Both the position numbers and the translations under genes were made by a program. A model generated the notes under the pieces. It had not been told where the DNA came from. It worked only from the letters and a program-made list of their open reading frames with translations, and searched no databases. Positions 1-11,211 of a stretch of 64,000 nt of DNA are shown piece by piece. The stretch comes from Candidatus Latescibacterota bacterium (GTDB taxonomy: Bacteria > Latescibacterota > UBA2968 > GCA-2709665): contig CBDCOX010000002.1 of the NCBI GenBank assembly GCA_965219995.1, positions 3,456,001 through 3,520,000 on the forward strand, in the 5' to 3' direction. Each line of letters starts with the position of its first letter. Within the stretch, counting starts at the first letter, position 1.

Positions 1-384
1 CCAGGACCCGGTCAGATTGGTCTCGACAACCTGCCTGAATTCGTCAACCGGAAAACGGTCTAACGGATGCCGGATGTTGATTCCCGCACAGTTCACCAGA
101 ACGTCCAGCCGTCCCAACCGATCCGTGACCGCCCGCATCAATTGAATCACATCATCATCCGACGTCACGTCGACGGAAAGTCCCAGGCTCTCGCGTCCCG
201 TCTGCGCCGCGATCTCCGCGGCAACCGATTCACAATCCGGCCCGTTTCTGGAACAGACCACGGTCGCGGCGCCCGCTTCGGCCAGCGCCAGCGCCATTTC
301 CCTGCCCAGGCCCTTCGATCCACCCGTAATCAGGGCTACTCTTTCATCCAGCCGAAAAAGATCCAGCGTCTTTGGCTCTTCCAT
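1..384 (-). CDS. SDR family NAD(P)-dependent oxidoreductase (3' end runs off the window)
   Basis: Not in the ORF track. Manual translation MEEPKTLDLFRLDERVALITGGSKGLGREMA...LDVLVNCAGI...NLTGSW shows the TGxxxGxG and NxAG motifs; GGAGG RBS upstream of ATG at 384. Confidence 0.9.
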   Translation of the reverse strand, partial: MEEPKTLDLFRLDERVALITGGSKGLGREMALALAEAGAATVVCSRNGPDCESVAAEIAAQTGRESLGLSVDVTSDDDVIQLMRAVTDRLGRLDVLVNCAGINIRHPLDRFPVDEFRQVVETNLTGSW

Positions 385-447
385 ATCCGCCTCCGCGGTT
401 TGCTGTCCAGTTCCTCGAGTCATTTGCTGTTCGAATCGATTCAACGA

Positions 448-1551
448 TTACAACTCGGCGAGAACCGTCCGCAGTATCCCTGCGAACAACAACCTCTCCT
501 CCGGCGTCCCCACCGTCACCCTGAAACACCTGTCCAGAGGCGCCGCCATCGGTTTTCGCACAAACGCGCCGTGCCGTTGCAGCGTCTCCAGAATCGTATT
601 CGCGCGTTCTGTCGTTCCCGCGTCGAACGCCACGAAATTCGTGGCCGAGGGCAACGTGGGCAAACCGAGACCTGCCCCCAGCCGAGCATAGTCCTCCCGC
701 CCTTCCTCGACCGAGTTCACAACGCCGGACACGAATTCCGTATCCTGGAGCGAGGCCAGCGCCCCGGCCTGCGCGACGCGGTTCACGCCATAGTGGTGCC
801 GCACCTTCTCAAGCGCTTCGACAACGACCGTGTCCGCAATTGCGTATCCGATGCGTGCCCCGGCCATCCCGTGCGCCTTTGAGAACGTGCGCATACGAAT
901 GACGCGCGGCCGGACCGGCGCCATCGGCAGCGGCGGGTCCTGGGTGGAGAACTCCGAATATGCCTCATCCAGAATCAGAAGACACCGCTCCGGAAGCGAT
1001 TCTTCAAACGACCGGATGTTCGCCGCCGTATGCCATGTGCCCGCCGGGTTGTCCGGATTCGACAGGTACGCCAATCTGGCTCCGGTCTCGGCGGCGGCTC
1101 CGGCCAAACCATCGAGGTCATTTCTGTCGTCCCGGTAGGGCACGAAGCGCAAGAGGCCGCCGAACCCCGAAACGTGGTAGTTGAAGGTCGGGTACGCTCC
1201 CAGAGACGTCACGACCGTCTCGCCGGGCGCTACGAAGACCCGCACGACAAGCCCCAGCAGGTCGTCGATTCCGCTGCCAACGCTGACGTTTTCGAATGGC
1301 ACGTCGTGGAACCCGGCAATTGCGGCGCGGATTTCGTGGTTTTCGGGATCGTTGTACCAACTCACCCGCTCAACCGCCCGGAACATGGCCTCGCGCGCTA
1401 TCGGCGAAATCCCGAAGGCGCTTTCGTTTGCCCCCACCCTCACCCTGAATGCCTTTCCGCGCCGGCGCTCCAGGGCTTCGGGCCCCACGAAGGGCACCGA
1501 TGCCGGCAGGCCGCGAACAATTCGGGTAAATGGAAACCCGTTATCCATCAT
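448..1551 (-). CDS. Histidinol-phosphate aminotransferase-like PLP enzyme (class I/II)
   Basis: GANES, NPDNPAG, DEAY and RTFSKAHGMAGARIGY (PLP lysine) motifs. Confidence 0.85.
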   Translation of the reverse strand: MMDNGFPFTRIVRGLPASVPFVGPEALERRRGKAFRVRVGANESAFGISPIAREAMFRAVERVSWYNDPENHEIRAAIAGFHDVPFENVSVGSGIDDLLGLVVRVFVAPGETVVTSLGAYPTFNYHVSGFGGLLRFVPYRDDRNDLDGLAGAAAETGARLAYLSNPDNPAGTWHTAANIRSFEESLPERCLLILDEAYSEFSTQDPPLPMAPVRPRVIRMRTFSKAHGMAGARIGYAIADTVVVEALEKVRHHYGVNRVAQAGALASLQDTEFVSGVVNSVEEGREDYARLGAGLGLPTLPSATNFVAFDAGTTERANTILETLQRHGAFVRKPMAAPLDRCFRVTVGTPEERLLFAGILRTVLAEL

Positions 1552-1623
1552 CCGGACTCCGTGGACGCAGAGATATTCTGGCGCCCGTCAACCTCAATTC
1601 GCCGAAAGACAACAGTCAATTTG

Positions 1624-1650
1624 GCCACAAAAAGCACAAAAAACACAGAA
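1624..1650. repeat. Three 9-nt tandem units (GCCACAAAA AGCACAAAA AACACAGAA)
   Basis: Read directly in the intergenic DNA upstream of the aminotransferase. Confidence 0.6.
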
Positions 1651-1697
1651 GGGACCGGCGCCAAACGGGTATTGAGGTCGTTCACGACGAATCCACG

Positions 1698-2192
1698 TTA
1701 AAAACGGATGCGGAACCGGATGCGGAATTCAAGGCCTTCCTCACCGGATCCATGAGGCGCCCCCCAGTCCACCTGGTCCAGATGCGCATCCACATAGGCA
1801 TCGCCCATACTGAACAGGATAAGGCCAATCGTGGTATACAGAAAGATATTCCGTTCCGGGGATGCAGCGGTCGACCGGCGCTGATTCAATTGGCTTCGAC
1901 GGACAAAAAACGCCGCCGTGGAACTCACCTGCGCGGCAGCGATAATGCTTCCTTTTATGGGCCGGCGATTATAGAACTGCCCCCATCCGGGCAGCGCCAG
2001 CGACCGCAACATCGCACCCCGCGCGGCCCGGGTCCCGCGGATACTGTCCACGGCCGACGAATCCGGACGCGCGGCGGAAGCCGGAACCGCACAGGCGAGT
2101 ATCGCCATTCCAGCGACGAACACCAGAATCCTGGCGCCGGAACCCCCCCGATCCGAAGTCGCGGATCCTCGCCTGCAGGCCTTGCGCTTCAC
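1698..2192 (-). CDS. DUF5683-like membrane/secreted protein
   Basis: Signal-like N-terminus, A.LRSLALPGWGQFYN and DAYVDAHL motifs. Confidence 0.7.
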   Translation of the reverse strand: MKRKACRRGSATSDRGGSGARILVFVAGMAILACAVPASAARPDSSAVDSIRGTRAARGAMLRSLALPGWGQFYNRRPIKGSIIAAAQVSSTAAFFVRRSQLNQRRSTAASPERNIFLYTTIGLILFSMGDAYVDAHLDQVDWGAPHGSGEEGLEFRIRFRIRF

Positions 2193-2195
2193 GAT

Positions 2196-3134
2196 TCATG
2201 CTCCGATCGCCAATCTTGCCGCGCCCAGAATCCCGGCGTCGTCACCAAGCATACCCGCCACAATCTTCACCCGCTCCTTCACGCCGACCGTCCCGCGTTC
2301 CAGAAACGTCTTTCTGACCGGCTCAAAAAGCCATTCTCCGGCGCGCGCAAGCCCCCCGCACAACGCCACCACCTCCACGTTCGTCACACTGACAAGGCTC
2401 ACGAGCCCAATCCCCAGCAACCTGCCCGTTTCCTCGAACATGGCGCGCGCGAACCCGTCACCTGCCTCCGCCGCCTCGAATATCGCCCGCGTCGTCAGAC
2501 CCTCGGCGACCAGCGGGGTTTCCGGCGTTTCCGTGATCAGCCGCTCGCGGGTCCGCTTCACCATCGCGGTCGCGGAAACGTAGAGTTCCAGACAGCCATA
2601 ATTCCCGCAGGGGCAGCGGGGTCCGTTCCAGTCGATGGTCACGTGGCCCACCTCGGCCGCATTGCCGTTGAACCCGTGCATCAATTCGCCGTTACATACC
2701 CAGCCGCCGCCCACGCCCGTGCCCAGCGTCACACATAAAAAATGGGGCGCCTTCCTGCCAGCGCCCCGCCACTGCTCGCCAAATGCCGCGAGATTCGCAT
2801 CGTTATCCACCACCACCGGCATTTCGAGCGCCGCCTCCAGCCTGTCTTTCAGACGTACGCCGTGCATGCACGGCATGTTTTCCGGAGAAATGATGACGCC
2901 GTTAAAGGGATCCAGCGGGCCGGGGGCCCCGACGCCCACGCCGCGCACTCCGGTTCCGCCGCCTTCCCGAAGTACCTGCCGGACGCACGTCGCGATTCCT
3001 GCGATCACACGATCACTGCCCAGGTCGGGGCGGGTGGGACATCGGAACCGTGCGACGATTTCGCCCGCATCCGTCACCAGACCCGCGCGCGTGTTGGTTC
3101 CGCCCAGGTCGACGCCAACCGTCAGCGTGCTCAC
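2196..3134 (-). CDS. ROK family glucokinase
   Basis: GVDLGGT, DNDANLAA, LGTGVGGG, EVGH and CPCGNYGCLE motifs. Confidence 0.9.
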   Translation of the reverse strand: MSTLTVGVDLGGTNTRAGLVTDAGEIVARFRCPTRPDLGSDRVIAGIATCVRQVLREGGGTGVRGVGVGAPGPLDPFNGVIISPENMPCMHGVRLKDRLEAALEMPVVVDNDANLAAFGEQWRGAGRKAPHFLCVTLGTGVGGGWVCNGELMHGFNGNAAEVGHVTIDWNGPRCPCGNYGCLELYVSATAMVKRTRERLITETPETPLVAEGLTTRAIFEAAEAGDGFARAMFEETGRLLGIGLVSLVSVTNVEVVALCGGLARAGEWLFEPVRKTFLERGTVGVKERVKIVAGMLGDDAGILGAARLAIGA

Positions 3135-3772
3135 ATCTCCGCCCGCGCCTGTTTCACGGCGTCCACGAACGCCCGGGCGGTCGCCGTCAATTTCGCCCAG
3201 TCCCTGTCTGCCACCGCCTGTTTATCCACCATCGCGCTTCCGGCCCCCACCGCGCACGCGCCGGCCTTGATGAATTCCGGTGTCGTTCGGGCGTCGACAC
3301 CGCCGGTGGGCATCAACCGCACCTGCGGAAGCGGTCCTTTAACGTCTTTGAAATAGGATGGGCCGCCCACGCCCGCGGGGAACACTTTCACCACGTCGGC
3401 CCCGGCCTGCCAGGCGGCAAGAATCTCCGTAGGCGTGAAGCCCGCCGGCATCACCACCTTGCCGTATCGCCTGGCCATTGTGATTACATCCAGGTTCAGC
3501 GTAGGCCCCACGACATACTCCGCACCGGACAGGATGGCCGCGCGCGCCGTCTCCGGATCCAGTACGGATCCGACACCCACAATCGTATCCTTCATTTTCG
3601 CGGACGCTTCCTCGATGACCTTGAGCGCACCCGGCACGGTCATGGTCACCTCGATGGCAATCACGCCGCCTTCCCGCAATGCTTTGGATACATCCATCAG
3701 TTCCGCGGGCGAATCCGCCCTCAGCACCGCCACCACGCCACAGTCGATGATTCGGTCCAGCACACCGGCCAT
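3131..3772 (-). CDS. eda: KDPG/KHG aldolase
   Basis: VAVLR, EVT, GVGSVLD, TPTEI, KVFPA and PTGGV motifs. Confidence 0.92.
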   Translation of the reverse strand: MAGVLDRIIDCGVVAVLRADSPAELMDVSKALREGGVIAIEVTMTVPGALKVIEEASAKMKDTIVGVGSVLDPETARAAILSGAEYVVGPTLNLDVITMARRYGKVVMPAGFTPTEILAAWQAGADVVKVFPAGVGGPSYFKDVKGPLPQVRLMPTGGVDARTTPEFIKAGACAVGAGSAMVDKQAVADRDWAKLTATARAFVDAVKQARAEM

Positions 3773-3788
3773 TCGATATTCTCCTCTG

Positions 3789-4832
3789 TTACCGCCTGAT
3801 TCTGGCTGCTGCGCCTCTCATGGCCGCCTCCGCCTCCGCCCGCGTCGCCCAGTTGACGTCGCCCGGGAACGTATGCGCAAGGGCAGAGTACGCGCCCGCG
3901 AAATCCACCGCGGCCTGAGGGTCCATCCCCTCGAGCAGGCTCGAAATCAACCCGGCCGAGAAACTGTCCCCGCCTCCAACGCGGTCGACCATTTCAAGGT
4001 CCTCGTAGATTCGAGACAGGTAGAACTCGTCACCGTCGAACAGGAGCGTTCGCCAGTCATTCAGCAGCCCCGTCTTTGCGACCCGCAACGTCGTGCCCAC
4101 GTAATCCACATTGGGAAAGCGTTCGACCGCCCGCCGCGCCACGTCCTTGTAGCTATCGGGATCCAGGCGACTGTAGTCCTCTTTCGAGCCCTCCGCCTGC
4201 AACCCCAGGACCTTTTCAAAGTCCTCTTCGTTGCCAATCAGTACTTTGACCAGCGGAATAAACCTGCTGGTGGTCTCCTGGGCTTTTTCCGAACTCCACA
4301 ACTTCGACCGGAAGTTCAAGTCATAGCTCGTCGTTACCCCGGCCCTGCCGGCCGCCTCCAGGGCTTCGAGCGTCGTGTCCGCGGCACTGTCGGAAAGCGC
4401 CGGGGTGATGCCGCTCACGTGAAACCATTTCGCACCATCGAAAACGGACTTCCAGTCCACCATGCCCGGCTCGATGTTCGATATCGCGGAATTCGCCCGG
4501 TCGTAGGTCACCGCACTGGCCCGCGGCCCGACGCCCAGTTCGACGTGGTAAAACCCGTTCCGTTCGATCCCGACCCCGTCGAAATCCACCCAGTGGATAT
4601 TGGACATGTCCACGCCGTGTTCCCTGCCCCGGTTCCGGATGACCCAACCCGTCCAATTGTCCACCAGCCGGGATACCCACGCCGCGTTCAGCCCCAAATG
4701 TGCGCATGCTACCGCCACGTTGTATTCGCCACCGCCGATCTCGACGTCGAGACTGGTGGAATTCTCCAGCCGGCGGTATCCCGGAGACGACAAGCGGATC
4801 ATCGCCTCCCCGAAGGTGACCACATCGTACAT
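3789..4832 (-). CDS. kdgK: PfkB family 2-keto-3-deoxygluconate kinase
   Basis: FGEAMIRL, GGEYNVA, DLNFRSKLW and DRVGGGDSFSAG motifs; adjacent to eda. Confidence 0.85.
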   Translation of the reverse strand: MYDVVTFGEAMIRLSSPGYRRLENSTSLDVEIGGGEYNVAVACAHLGLNAAWVSRLVDNWTGWVIRNRGREHGVDMSNIHWVDFDGVGIERNGFYHVELGVGPRASAVTYDRANSAISNIEPGMVDWKSVFDGAKWFHVSGITPALSDSAADTTLEALEAAGRAGVTTSYDLNFRSKLWSSEKAQETTSRFIPLVKVLIGNEEDFEKVLGLQAEGSKEDYSRLDPDSYKDVARRAVERFPNVDYVGTTLRVAKTGLLNDWRTLLFDGDEFYLSRIYEDLEMVDRVGGGDSFSAGLISSLLEGMDPQAAVDFAGAYSALAHTFPGDVNWATRAEAEAAMRGAAARIRR

Positions 4833-4866
4833 CGCTTCCCTCCTCAAATGAACCAGGGTGCCGTCG

Positions 4867-5562
4867 TCATTCGTCGCTTCCGCCCAAAAGGCCGGAAAGG
4901 ATCAACATCCGGAACAGGAAAAGCACCGCGACCAGCGCCGACGCCACGTAGGTCCAGGCCGCCGCATTCAACACCTTGCGGGCAGCGGGGATCTCCTCCC
5001 GGGTCAGATATCCGCCTTCCTGGAGAATGGCAATTGCCCGGCTGCTGGCATTGAACTCCACGGGCAGCGTGACGAGCCCGAACAGGACGGCGAATGAAAA
5101 GAACACGATGCCGAGTTGAAGCATCAGTCCGGATTGAAAAAAGAATCCGATGAAAAACAGGGGCATGCCGACCCAGGACCCGAAGTTCGCCACGGGCACG
5201 ATATTCGTCCGCAGGCTCAATGGAAAGTACCCATGCGCATGCTGAAAGGCGTGACCCGCCTCGTGGGCCGCCACGCCGATGGCCGCAAGCGACCGTGACC
5301 CGTAGGTGCTGTCCGACAGACGCAAGGTATGATCTCTCGGATCGTAATGGTCCGTCAGCTTGCCGCCCACGTTCTCCACCTTGACCGAAACACGGCCCCG
5401 CCGCAAAATATCCCGGGCAACCTGGTCCGCGGTCCACCCGCTTCGGGCGCCGAATTCATCGAATTTGGCGAAGGTCCGTTTGACCTTCAACTGCGCCCAC
5501 AACGCCAGGATGAACCCGGGAATCACAAGAATCAGCGTCGGGTCCCAGAAAAAAGGGAACAT
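4867..5562 (-). CDS. YugP-like putative neutral zinc metallopeptidase (membrane)
   Basis: LTDHYDP, AAHEAGHA and LPVEFNASSRA motifs. Confidence 0.9.
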   Translation of the reverse strand: MFPFFWDPTLILVIPGFILALWAQLKVKRTFAKFDEFGARSGWTADQVARDILRRGRVSVKVENVGGKLTDHYDPRDHTLRLSDSTYGSRSLAAIGVAAHEAGHAFQHAHGYFPLSLRTNIVPVANFGSWVGMPLFFIGFFFQSGLMLQLGIVFFSFAVLFGLVTLPVEFNASSRAIAILQEGGYLTREEIPAARKVLNAAAWTYVASALVAVLFLFRMLILSGLLGGSDE

Positions 5563-5659
5563 AAACGCAACACCTCCTTAGTGTACTGTCCAAAAATACC
5601 TCACCATTCTTCCAACGATTCATCCCGTCTCGCTGCAGTATGATCTCCTGACTTCGGTA

Positions 5660-5936
5660 AGACGTTAGACGTGACGGTAGATGACGTCTTTGCCCGATTC
5701 GTCTTTCCTTTATGCCTCTGGCAAGAAAGGATGGCGCACGGGGCAAAAAACCCGTTAGACGCAAGACGGTAGACGGTAGATGACGTCTTTGCCCGATTGG
5801 TTGCTCCTTTACGCCTCTGGCAAGATATGAAACCGTACAGGGCAGACAATCTCTCCCCTCTTACGTCTAACGTCTCCCCGCCTTTAGGGCGCTCATATCA
5901 TCTCCCGACTCACCTCTCCCGTCTCACCGCCTTTAG
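5660..5936. repeat. Intergenic duplicated segment with a 99-bp period, plus an inverted repeat
   Basis: GACGGTAGATGACGTCTTTGCCCGATT at 5673 and 5772; AGACGTTAGACGT (5660) is inverted at 5863; CT(C/CA)CCGCCTTTAG-type unit occurs twice. Confidence 0.75.
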
Positions 5937-5972
5937 AGAATTGCTGCTTTCCCACGGCCGAATTCAGGCAAC

Positions 5973-6920
5973 TTATTTCCGGGACAGAACACTGAAGTCT
6001 CCGAGGACCTCGCCGGCTTCGACGCGGTACCCGCGTACCAGTTCCGCGCCGCTCATCCGCGACTTGCCGGACGGTTGTACTTCCTTAAGCGCGACGGCTC
6101 CGTCTCCGGCGGCCACCACACATCCTTTCCTGCCGTCCGCCACGACCACCTCGCCGGGCATCCCCGCGCCGCCGGCGGCCGTCGTCCTGTGCACCTTCAG
6201 GGTTTCGCCTCTCCAGGTCGTAAACGCCCCTGGAACGGGGTTGGTTCCGCGAACCAGATTGCAGATAGCCATCGCGCCGCGCGCCCAGTCGATACGCCCG
6301 ACCTCCTTCTCGAGCCTGGGCGCCCTGGTGATCCCGGTATTCGGCTGCGGAGTCGACGTCAATTCGTCTCTTTCGAGACGCTCGACGACGTTCACCAGCG
6401 CATCCGCCCCCAATTCCCGCAGCCGATCCGAAAGCTCTCCCGCCGTCTCCTCGCGGCCGATACCCAAAGCCTGCTGGAACAGAAGATCTCCCGCGTCCAC
6501 GCGCGCGGTCAGGCGGATTACGCTTATCCCTGTTTCAGTCTCTCCCCGGATAATCGCCCAGTTGATCGGGGCCGCTCCCCTGTACCTGGGCAAGAGAGAA
6601 GGGTGAAGGTTTATCGACCCGAGCTTTGGAACGTCCAGCACGACCCGTGGTAGTATTGCAAACGCGACCACCACGAAGAGGTCGGCATCGAGGCGCCGAA
6701 GCCGGCCCGGAAAGTCACGTGATTCGAGCAGGTGCGGCTGCAGTACCGGAAGCCCCAATCGTTGAGCGGCCACCTTTACGGGCGGCGGCATCAGCTTGCG
6801 CCCCCGCCCACGCGGACGGTCCGGCCGGGTCACGACCGCGGCGACGTCGTGTCCGCAAGCGGCCAGGCGCTCCAGTGACGGTACCGCGAAATCGGGAGTC
6901 CCCATAAACACCAGCTTCAC
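5973..6920 (-). CDS. fmt: Methionyl-tRNA formyltransferase
   Basis: FMGTPDFA, PDRPRGRG and INLHPSLLPRYRGAAPI motifs. Confidence 0.97.
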   Translation of the reverse strand: MKLVFMGTPDFAVPSLERLAACGHDVAAVVTRPDRPRGRGRKLMPPPVKVAAQRLGLPVLQPHLLESRDFPGRLRRLDADLFVVVAFAILPRVVLDVPKLGSINLHPSLLPRYRGAAPINWAIIRGETETGISVIRLTARVDAGDLLFQQALGIGREETAGELSDRLRELGADALVNVVERLERDELTSTPQPNTGITRAPRLEKEVGRIDWARGAMAICNLVRGTNPVPGAFTTWRGETLKVHRTTAAGGAGMPGEVVVADGRKGCVVAAGDGAVALKEVQPSGKSRMSGAELVRGYRVEAGEVLGDFSVLSRK

Positions 6921-6987
6921 GACGGTCTCCGTTCAGGGATCCGTTCCGGCCGGTTTCTCCCGCCATCCATCCCGATCCGGTCTCTGA

Positions 6988-7314
6988 TCACTTCTCTTCC
7001 ACAACCCGCGAAACAGATCCCCGTGCGACCTCGAGGCGGACTTCCTTGGCGACCTGCACGACCAGGATGCCAGCTTCTTCTTTAACGCCCACAATCGTCC
7101 CGTGAATCCCCCCCGACGTCACGATTTTATCGCCCTTCTGCAGCGCGTCGATCATCGCCTGTTGCGCCTTCTGCTTCTTGATCTGAGGGCGAAAGATCAG
7201 CAGATAGACGACGACGACCATTAATAGCAGGGGGAAGATCTGCATCAGAAATCCCGGCTGGGACCCGTCGGCCGGCTGGCCGCCCATGGCAAATGCTTCA
7301 GTTACGCCAAACAA
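6988..7314 (-). CDS. yajC: Preprotein translocase subunit YajC
   Basis: TM helix, RPQ.KKQ, LQKGDKIVTSGGIHG; AGGAGG before TTG at 7314; tgt-yajC synteny. Confidence 0.93.
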   Translation of the reverse strand: MFGVTEAFAMGGQPADGSQPGFLMQIFPLLLMVVVVYLLIFRPQIKKQKAQQAMIDALQKGDKIVTSGGIHGTIVGVKEEAGILVVQVAKEVRLEVARGSVSRVVEEK

Positions 7315-7363
7315 AGGAGCCCTCCTTGAAGGAATCAGGAACGTGAATTGAACCGGAAAATCG

Positions 7364-8536
<1,173 letters not shown>

Positions 8537-8675
8537 TCAACAGGAACCCGGTCAACCGGAACAAACGAGTCTTCGGTTATGATGCCGAAGACTTCGCTGC
8601 GCGATTGCCGCAGTGCGATGGTTTTCTGCGCCCTTTCTCTTCACGGGAATCGGTCCCCGGCCCGGACGCAGACCA

Positions 8676-8704
8676 AATATACCAAGCGTCAAGTTGCAAG
8701 TCAA
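8676..8704 (-). promoter_or_regulatory. Sigma70-type promoter for the tgt-yajC-fmt unit
   Basis: Minus strand TTGACT-N17-TATATT. Confidence 0.6.
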
Positions 8705-8770
8705 CGTGTATTGAAATCTGAGCAGGATTGGCTCCATATCCGGTCCGCAGCGACAATCGTCGCCGACGTT

Positions 8771-10006
8771 TTACCTGACGGCTTCCCCGGCATCGATGAA
8801 CTCGAATCCGCGTTTTTCGAGTTCCGGCAGCACGCGTTCGAGTGCAGCCAGCGTGGCTGGCAGCGCGCGTCCGATGCCGATAACGGTTCCCGAAATGCCG
8901 GCCGTTTCAGCCAGGGCCTCCACGGACCGTTCGACCGACTCCTGCGTTTCCTTCCTGTCCAGAAACATCGAGTTTCGTCCGGCAGGCATTCCCTTTTGCT
9001 CCGCGACAGACCATGCCTTCGACCGCGGACTGGTAAAACTGTCTACGAAAAAGAGACCATGGCGGTCCACTTCTTCCAATACCCTGCCGATTGCCGCCGG
9101 ATCCTCCGTCAACCGCGACCCCATATGGTTGTTCAATCCCGTTGCCTGAGGCAGGTTCACACGCGCCGTCCGAATCAGCGACCTGACTTTTTCCGGCGGA
9201 TGGTCCGTCAACACCGTGTTGGGACCCGGGTCCGGGCGAGGATACCCCAGGGGTTCCATCGACAGATATACCATGACTCCGTGTCCGGCCGCGGCCGCCT
9301 GCTCGGCAATCCACGCGGATTTTTCCCGACCGGGAAATACCGAGAGCGTTATCGTCTGTTTCAACGCGCAGAATCCCCGAACCAATGCCTCGTCCTGATG
9401 CCCGAAATCGGCCACTATAATGGCGATTCTGCCCGCCATTCGATCGAGCGCTCTTTTCCGTTTCAATATGATCTGATTCGTGCGGACGCCGTCTATGCCC
9501 ACAAACATCGACAGTCTGCCGCGCTTGCGATCCTCAACGGCTTCAATGACGTCGCCGCCCAGTCGACGGGCAAGCCGCGTCAGGTGAAGATTGCAGACCG
9601 CCAATGGCAACGCGCCGGGTACGTCCGAGGTCGTCACCCAGCGGGCGGTACCGTCGGTGTGGGCCGCCGACCGTTTCACGGACACGACCCTGTCGGGAAC
9701 CCCGAGCCTCTTCAGTACAGCCGGCGCCCGTGATGCCACGGAATCTGCAAACGCCAGCGGACCCGCCGGAAGCGTCCGCAACTGCATCTGCCGGTTGAAC
9801 GCGATTTCACGTTCATAGGGAGGCGATTCCATCGTGCGCCACCGCATCCATCCGGCGAGGCCGGCGACCAGGGCCAGGAGAAATGCCAGCGACCAGAGGC
9901 GAAACGACAACCTTCGCCGCCTGCGGGCCATCCTCTTTCGGCGGGACCGGCGAGTCTTTTCCGGCGCGCCCCGGATGCCGGGACGCGTGCGGGAGGTCTT
10001 TGCCAT
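8771..10006 (-). CDS. Divergent polysaccharide deacetylase family protein (YibQ-like)
   Basis: N-terminal TM; IAIIVADFG, MEP, GLNNHMGS and FVDS.T motifs. Confidence 0.85.
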   Translation of the reverse strand: MAKTSRTRPGIRGAPEKTRRSRRKRMARRRRRLSFRLWSLAFLLALVAGLAGWMRWRTMESPPYEREIAFNRQMQLRTLPAGPLAFADSVASRAPAVLKRLGVPDRVVSVKRSAAHTDGTARWVTTSDVPGALPLAVCNLHLTRLARRLGGDVIEAVEDRKRGRLSMFVGIDGVRTNQIILKRKRALDRMAGRIAIIVADFGHQDEALVRGFCALKQTITLSVFPGREKSAWIAEQAAAAGHGVMVYLSMEPLGYPRPDPGPNTVLTDHPPEKVRSLIRTARVNLPQATGLNNHMGSRLTEDPAAIGRVLEEVDRHGLFFVDSFTSPRSKAWSVAEQKGMPAGRNSMFLDRKETQESVERSVEALAETAGISGTVIGIGRALPATLAALERVLPELEKRGFEFIDAGEAVR

Positions 10007-10182
10007 AGGTGCCGGAGGAAGCGTGGAACGCGTGAGGCAGACCCGAACGCGAAGCGGCCTGGACAATCGGAGCCAGGTTCACTTCCGGATCAATCGAAAT
10101 GTAAAACAAGCGGATTTAGTGGGGGGAGAATTGCCGTGCCTGAATTCCGGAGCCGGGGAGATAGAGCGCGTCCGTGGGAAAT

Positions 10183-11139
10183 TCAGGGCACCGAAAAACT
10201 GATGGGTCGCGGCACAAAGCACAGCAGGAAGATAACCAGCGAAACGTACCCCATCAGTTTCCGAAACGGATCAAGGGCCAAATGCGGGTCGTCCGGCGGG
10301 GAATGCCGGCGCCCCAGCGCCAACGCGATCAGTAGCCAGATGAGCCAACCCGGCCACCGGGTGTCGAGCCAGGTCGAAAATCCGTGTTGGGCGTAAAGCC
10401 AGTCATAGGGCGGTCCCAGCGCCCATAAGGCGCCAAGCGTGACCAGCGCCATCTTCGAAACGAGCGCGTGTACCTTCCCTCCTCCGAAGGCAAATACAAT
10501 ATGCCCGCCGTCGAACTGTCCCAGCGGCATCAGGTTCAGCGCCGTCACAAAGAGACCCAGCCATCCGGCCACGAAGATCGGATGGTCGTAAATTGCATAC
10601 CCGTCGGGAAGATCCCCGATAATCTGATGCGACAGCCAGCCGCCCAGGATGGAATTTCCGAGTGAAATTCCGCCCCCCGCGAACGTCGAAACGGGTACGA
10701 TTGGCGACAGATGCAATCCGACAACAAGAGCGAGCAGGGCGACCACGAAGCCGGCAAGCGGTCCGGACGCCCCGATGTCCATCAGCGCGCGCCGGTTCGG
10801 AATGGGGGACCTGATTTTGATTACCGCGCCCAGGGTGCCGATGAAAGAAGGGAACGGAATGAAAAAGGGCAGGGTTGCGCGCACCTTCCAGTGGCGTGAA
10901 GTAAGATAGTGCCCCATCTCGTGGATGCCCAGGATCAGAAGCAACGTTCCGGAAAACGGCAACCCCATAATCAGATATTTGGGATTCCACAGCAGGGAAA
11001 GCGAAAGGGAATCAGGTGGCAAGGACCCCGGAGAAACCGCCAGGCGCATAGCCACCGCCATTTGCACGCCCGCCGCGGTTGTCGTGTACGCCGTGAGGGC
11101 GAACAACAACACGTTGAGCCGGATGCGGTCTCCTGACAA
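10183..11139 (-). CDS. Site-2 protease (M50) family protein
   Basis: HEMGH, GASGPLAG and NLMPLGQFDGGH motifs. Confidence 0.92.
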   Translation of the reverse strand: MSGDRIRLNVLLFALTAYTTTAAGVQMAVAMRLAVSPGSLPPDSLSLSLLWNPKYLIMGLPFSGTLLLILGIHEMGHYLTSRHWKVRATLPFFIPFPSFIGTLGAVIKIRSPIPNRRALMDIGASGPLAGFVVALLALVVGLHLSPIVPVSTFAGGGISLGNSILGGWLSHQIIGDLPDGYAIYDHPIFVAGWLGLFVTALNLMPLGQFDGGHIVFAFGGGKVHALVSKMALVTLGALWALGPPYDWLYAQHGFSTWLDTRWPGWLIWLLIALALGRRHSPPDDPHLALDPFRKLMGYVSLVIFLLCFVPRPISFSVP

Positions 11140-11211
11140 AAAAGCCTCGTTCTCAGCGTGAATTTCGTAAAGCGCCAGGTTAAAGCAAAGCGGGTCCGGC
11201 TTCCAGGCCGG

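Noticed and set aside
67-882. 271-aa plus-strand ORF
   Set aside because: Overlaps the real minus-strand SDR and aminotransferase genes.
3435-5054. 539-aa plus-strand ORF
   Set aside because: Antisense shadow of eda and kdgK.
5663-5825. Possible CRISPR mini-array
   Set aside because: Only two long imperfect copies and no cas genes in the window.
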